Below, piece after piece: positions 60,586 to 64,000 of a stretch of 64,000 bases of DNA. Location: positions 3,328,001 to 3,392,000 of the forward strand of contig OY760907.1 of assembly GCA_963664195.1 (NCBI GenBank), in the 5' to 3' direction. The stretch's first letter is position 1, and each line of letters begins with the position of its first letter. Source of the stretch: an uncultured candidate division Zixibacteria bacterium. GTDB taxonomy: Bacteria > Zixibacteria > MSB-5A5 > GN15 > FEB-12. The notes below the pieces were generated by a model. It was not told the DNA's origin. It worked only from the letters and a program-made list of their open reading frames with translations, and did not search any database. A program made the translations under genes and the position numbers.

Positions 60586-63582
60586 ATGAGAACCGATTGC
60601 CAACGACTTTCTGGTAACAAACTGATGACTTGGGGTGCAACTTTGTTGGCCTTGATCTGCTTTGTTGCCGTATCAGGACTCGCGGCCGACCGTACTATCG
60701 AGACCGAGTACGAGTTTCAGTACCCGCAGATTTCCACTATTACAATAAACGGAGAGGTGTACGACCGGCTTACTCTCAACGGTGCGCCCAACAGTGGCCG
60801 CGTCGGCCAGCCCTCGCTGCCAACCGCTCCAGCCAATATCCTGCTGCCCTTCGGCACCGAAGTTGCATCGGTGGAGATCATTACCGGCGAGCAGATTTCT
60901 CTTGGTTTGGGCTTCTACGTTGAGCCTGTAGCCCCTCAGGGCAAGCTCTATAAAATGGGTGATCTTCAGCCGCAGGACATCCAGTATGCCACACCGAATG
61001 CTGCGATCTACAATGCCGACGCTCCGTTCCCCGGCACACGCCACGAGAAGATCGGCACATACGGATTCCGTGGCTACCAGATCCTGACTCTGAAGCTCCA
61101 GCCAGTGGAATTCGTCCCGTCCACCGGTGAAGTGTATTACTACAAGAGCATGAAAGTGATCGTCCACCTGGCCGACGCAGACAAGTCTGCAGACATGCTT
61201 CGCGGCCTTGCAGAGGATGAAAAAGAAGTCCTCACGCGCGTTGACAATCCTGATCAGGTACATTCGTATGCCTCAGCCGCAACCGGGGGTTCCAAAGCCT
61301 ACTCCATGCTGATTATCACCACTCCGGAGTTGGCAGCCTCCTTCCAGCCGCTGAAGGACTACCACGATGCCAACGGCGTCCCTACCGAAATTCACCTGAC
61401 TTCCGACATCGGGAGCACAGCACCGGACGATATCCGTGCACACATCCAGTGGGAGTACTTCAATCAGGGAATCGACTGGGTCATCATCGGCGCCGACGAT
61501 GACATCATCCCGGCCAAGGATCTCTGGGTCGAGATGTCACCGGGCGGCGAATATGAATCAGCCATGCCGGGCGATCTCTATTTCTCCTGCCTCGACGGTG
61601 TGTGGAACTTCGACGGTGACACGCGATGGGGTGAGCCAACTGACGGTACGGACGGTGGCGATGTTGACCTTGTTGCCGACGTGTTTGTTGGAAGAGCATC
61701 CGTGGGCAACGCCACAGAAGCCGACCGTTTCGTCACTAAGACCCTCCATTACATAGGTGCTAGTGGCCAGTACCTCACCAAAGCTCAGTTCGTGGGTGAG
61801 TACCTCGGGTTTGGTGAGATTGCCGATTATGGCGGCAACTATCTGGACGAATTGGAAGACGGGAGTTCTGAGCACGGTTACACCACCGTTGGTATTCCGT
61901 CCACGTCTTACAGCATAGCGAGACTCTACGAAAGGGATCAGTCCTGGAGCAAGAATGACCTTGCGGCTCTGATCAACGACGGCGTCCACATCTTGCAGCA
62001 CCTCGGTCACGGCAGCGAAGACCAGGCAATGCAAATGTACAATTCGGACATTATTAGCCTGCTTACCAACACCGACCTCTGCTTTGTGTACTCGCAGACC
62101 TGTCTGGCCGGTCACTTTGACGGTACGGACTGCTGGGCCGAAACGATGAACATCAAGACCGACTACGGCGCCTTCGCAGTTATTATGAATGCTCGGTATG
62201 GTTTCGGTGAGTTCAACAGCACGGACGGCGCCTCTCAGCGGTTCAATCGTGAGTTCTGGGACGCGATCTATTCAATGTCGGAGTTGAAACCGGAACTTGG
62301 CCGCGCAATGAGCGACTCCAAAGAAGACAACATCTGGCGAGTCAACGACGACTACATGCGCTGGGTCTACTACGAGCAGAACCTGTTCGGAGATCCGACC
62401 GTAACGTTGGCTACTCAGGGTGCAGTGGCACTCGAGTTCCCGGACGGCACTCCGTCGCAACTCGTCCCGACCGAACCGACTACATTCCGTGTCACCGCAA
62501 CCGGCGTGTACGGCGGCGTCGCTGTCGCTGGCTCTGGCCAGCTACATTACATGGTCGACGGCGGCCCTCTTGAGACGATCGACATGGTTGAAGTTGCCCC
62601 CAACGACTATGAGGCCACACTCCCGGCCATGTCCTGCGGCCACTACATCGAGTACTACGTCAGCGCCGAAGAAGTTGAAGGCGGACGCATGTACAACCCG
62701 AGCCCGAGTTCTCCCCTGAGAGCCTTCCCGGTAACGGATGTCACGACGGCCTTTGAAGACGATTTCGAAACCGATAAGGGCTGGACAGCGCAGGGCAACT
62801 GGCAGCGCGGTACACCGACAGGTGGCGGCGGCGACCATGGCAATCCGGACCCGACCTCAGGCCACAACTCACCAAACGTCTTCGGCTACAACCTGAGCGG
62901 TGACTACGAGAATAATATGAGTGAAGTACACCTGACATCGCCAGCCTTCGATTGCTCGGGCATGTTCGCCACTGAGCTGTCATTCTGGCGCTACCTGGGT
63001 GTCGAGCAGCCGGTGTACGATCACGCGTACATTCGGATCAGTACCAATGGAACCACTTGGACGACCGTCTGGGAAAACGGTGGAACCATAACCGACGAAG
63101 ACTGGGGCAAGGTCACGTACGACATCTCTTCACTGGTTGATAATCAGCCCACCGTGTACCTGAGATTCACCATGGGCGGCAGCGATGGCGCCTGGATATA
63201 CTGCGGCTGGAATATCGACGATCTCGAAATCGTCGGCTACGGCTGTGAGATGAACCCCGACGGCGACAACGACGGCCACCCCGACGCTGAAGACAACTGT
63301 CCGTACGTCAGCAATCCGGATCAAATCGACACGGATGAAGACGGAGTAGGTGACGCTTGTTGTTGCGTAGGGTCACGCGGCAACGCCGACTGTGATCCTT
63401 CCGGCGAAACGACTATGTCTGATCTGACGGTGCTCATCGACAATCTTTTCATATCGCTTGATCCGATTTGCTGTCCGAACGCAGCTGATCTCGACGGCGA
63501 TTTCGATATCACAATGTCCGACCTGACGATACTCATAGACAATCTCTTCATTTCATTGAGTCCTCTGTCCGACTGCCCGTAA
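60586..63582 (+). CDS. Gingipain-like C25 cysteine peptidase with propeptide, adhesin/MAM-like module and dockerin-like tail
   Basis: Propeptide GQPSLP; DLYFSCLDG, DVFVGR, QHLGHG (His), SQTCLAG (Cys), NLFGDP. Confidence 0.88.
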   Translation: MRTDCQRLSGNKLMTWGATLLALICFVAVSGLAADRTIETEYEFQYPQISTITINGEVYDRLTLNGAPNSGRVGQPSLPTAPANILLPFGTEVASVEIITGEQISLGLGFYVEPVAPQGKLYKMGDLQPQDIQYATPNAAIYNADAPFPGTRHEKIGTYGFRGYQILTLKLQPVEFVPSTGEVYYYKSMKVIVHLADADKSADMLRGLAEDEKEVLTRVDNPDQVHSYASAATGGSKAYSMLIITTPELAASFQPLKDYHDANGVPTEIHLTSDIGSTAPDDIRAHIQWEYFNQGIDWVIIGADDDIIPAKDLWVEMSPGGEYESAMPGDLYFSCLDGVWNFDGDTRWGEPTDGTDGGDVDLVADVFVGRASVGNATEADRFVTKTLHYIGASGQYLTKAQFVGEYLGFGEIADYGGNYLDELEDGSSEHGYTTVGIPSTSYSIARLYERDQSWSKNDLAALINDGVHILQHLGHGSEDQAMQMYNSDIISLLTNTDLCFVYSQTCLAGHFDGTDCWAETMNIKTDYGAFAVIMNARYGFGEFNSTDGASQRFNREFWDAIYSMSELKPELGRAMSDSKEDNIWRVNDDYMRWVYYEQNLFGDPTVTLATQGAVALEFPDGTPSQLVPTEPTTFRVTATGVYGGVAVAGSGQLHYMVDGGPLETIDMVEVAPNDYEATLPAMSCGHYIEYYVSAEEVEGGRMYNPSPSSPLRAFPVTDVTTAFEDDFETDKGWTAQGNWQRGTPTGGGGDHGNPDPTSGHNSPNVFGYNLSGDYENNMSEVHLTSPAFDCSGMFATELSFWRYLGVEQPVYDHAYIRISTNGTTWTTVWENGGTITDEDWGKVTYDISSLVDNQPTVYLRFTMGGSDGAWIYCGWNIDDLEIVGYGCEMNPDGDNDGHPDAEDNCPYVSNPDQIDTDEDGVGDACCCVGSRGNADCDPSGETTMSDLTVLIDNLFISLDPICCPNAADLDGDFDITMSDLTILIDNLFISLSPLSDCP

Positions 63583-63606
63583 ATCTTCACCAAATGCGTT
63601 AACTAC

Positions 63607-63645
63607 AGCGGCCACCTGCATCTTGCGGGTGGCCGCTTTCTTTCT
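63607..63645 (+). terminator. Rho-independent terminator
   Basis: AGCGGCCACCTGCA/TGCGGGTGGCCGCT then TTCTTTCT. Confidence 0.8.
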
Positions 63646-63681
63646 CCAACCGTACCCCGACGAGTGAATACCACTCTTTTG

Positions 63682-63710
63682 TTGACAGTATTACCAATAC
63701 GCTCTAGCAT
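63682..63710 (+). promoter_or_regulatory. Sigma70 promoter for lemA
   Basis: TTGACA-N17-TAGCAT. Confidence 0.55.
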
Positions 63711-63740
63711 GACCTATAATCCTGAGAGAGAGGAACATCC

Positions 63741-64000
63741 ATGCCTACTATTATTCTGTTGAGTGTGGTCGCCGTCGTACTGATTACGGCGGCATTGATG
63801 TATAACCGGCTCGTCAAGCTAAGAAACACTGTCCGCTCATCATGGTCGGACATTGACGTGCAGCTCAAGAAACGATTCAACTTGGTTCCGAGTCTTGTGG
63901 AAACGGTGAAGGCCTACGCCAAGCACGAAGGCTCCGTCTTTGAGAAGGTCACCCAGGCCCGGACGATGGCCATGCAGGGCGGTTCACCGGGACAAATGGC
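63741..64000 (+). CDS. lemA: LemA family protein (partial, runs off the window; absent from the ORF track)
   Basis: MPTIILL...[43 protein letters not shown]. Confidence 0.92.
   Translation, partial: MPTIILLSVVAVVLITAALMYNRLVKLRNTVRSSWSDIDVQLKKRFNLVPSLVETVKAYAKHEGSVFEKVTQARTMAMQGGSPGQM

Overview
Bacterial chromosomal window, about 55-58% GC by eye. The Cys-bracketed C-terminal dockerin-like domains, a T9SS/FlgD-type tail and TPR-sigma54 activators suggest the FCB superphylum, probably a Zixibacteria-like lineage (inference only). It opens with housekeeping genes (TPR lipoprotein, tyrS, PBP1A, tRNA-Leu-CAA). Next comes a locus with a secreted small protein, a TPR-sensor sigma54 activator with an atypical Walker B, a six-unit ~21-bp repeat array, a sigma54 promoter, a structured leader, a cryptic Cys-rich peptide ORF, a beta-propeller-like protein, a CxxC thioredoxin-fold protein and a second thioredoxin-fold gene. 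That last gene has an in-frame UGA at the catalytic position followed by a SECIS-like hairpin, so it is a probable unannotated selenoprotein (UxxS). Further on: a YdjC deacetylase/GT2 pair; two CHAT (caspase-like) protease modules (ECF sigma + zinc anti-sigma + TPR-CHAT + cohesin-like/FG-GAP/T9SS protein; CHAT-STAND-TPR + small hydrophobic partner); a PhoB-like regulator with 11-bp periodic boxes divergent from a TonB-dependent receptor and a tandemly duplicated protein; an M16 peptidase; a PEP-synthase-like/HK/RR/CBS/DASS operon; cydAB; and a partial lemA. Seven secreted proteins carry dockerin-like tails, four of them proteases and one a stand-alone half-dockerin, which hints at a protease-centred cohesin-dockerin surface assembly. 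All calls come from reading motifs by eye; no searches were run.
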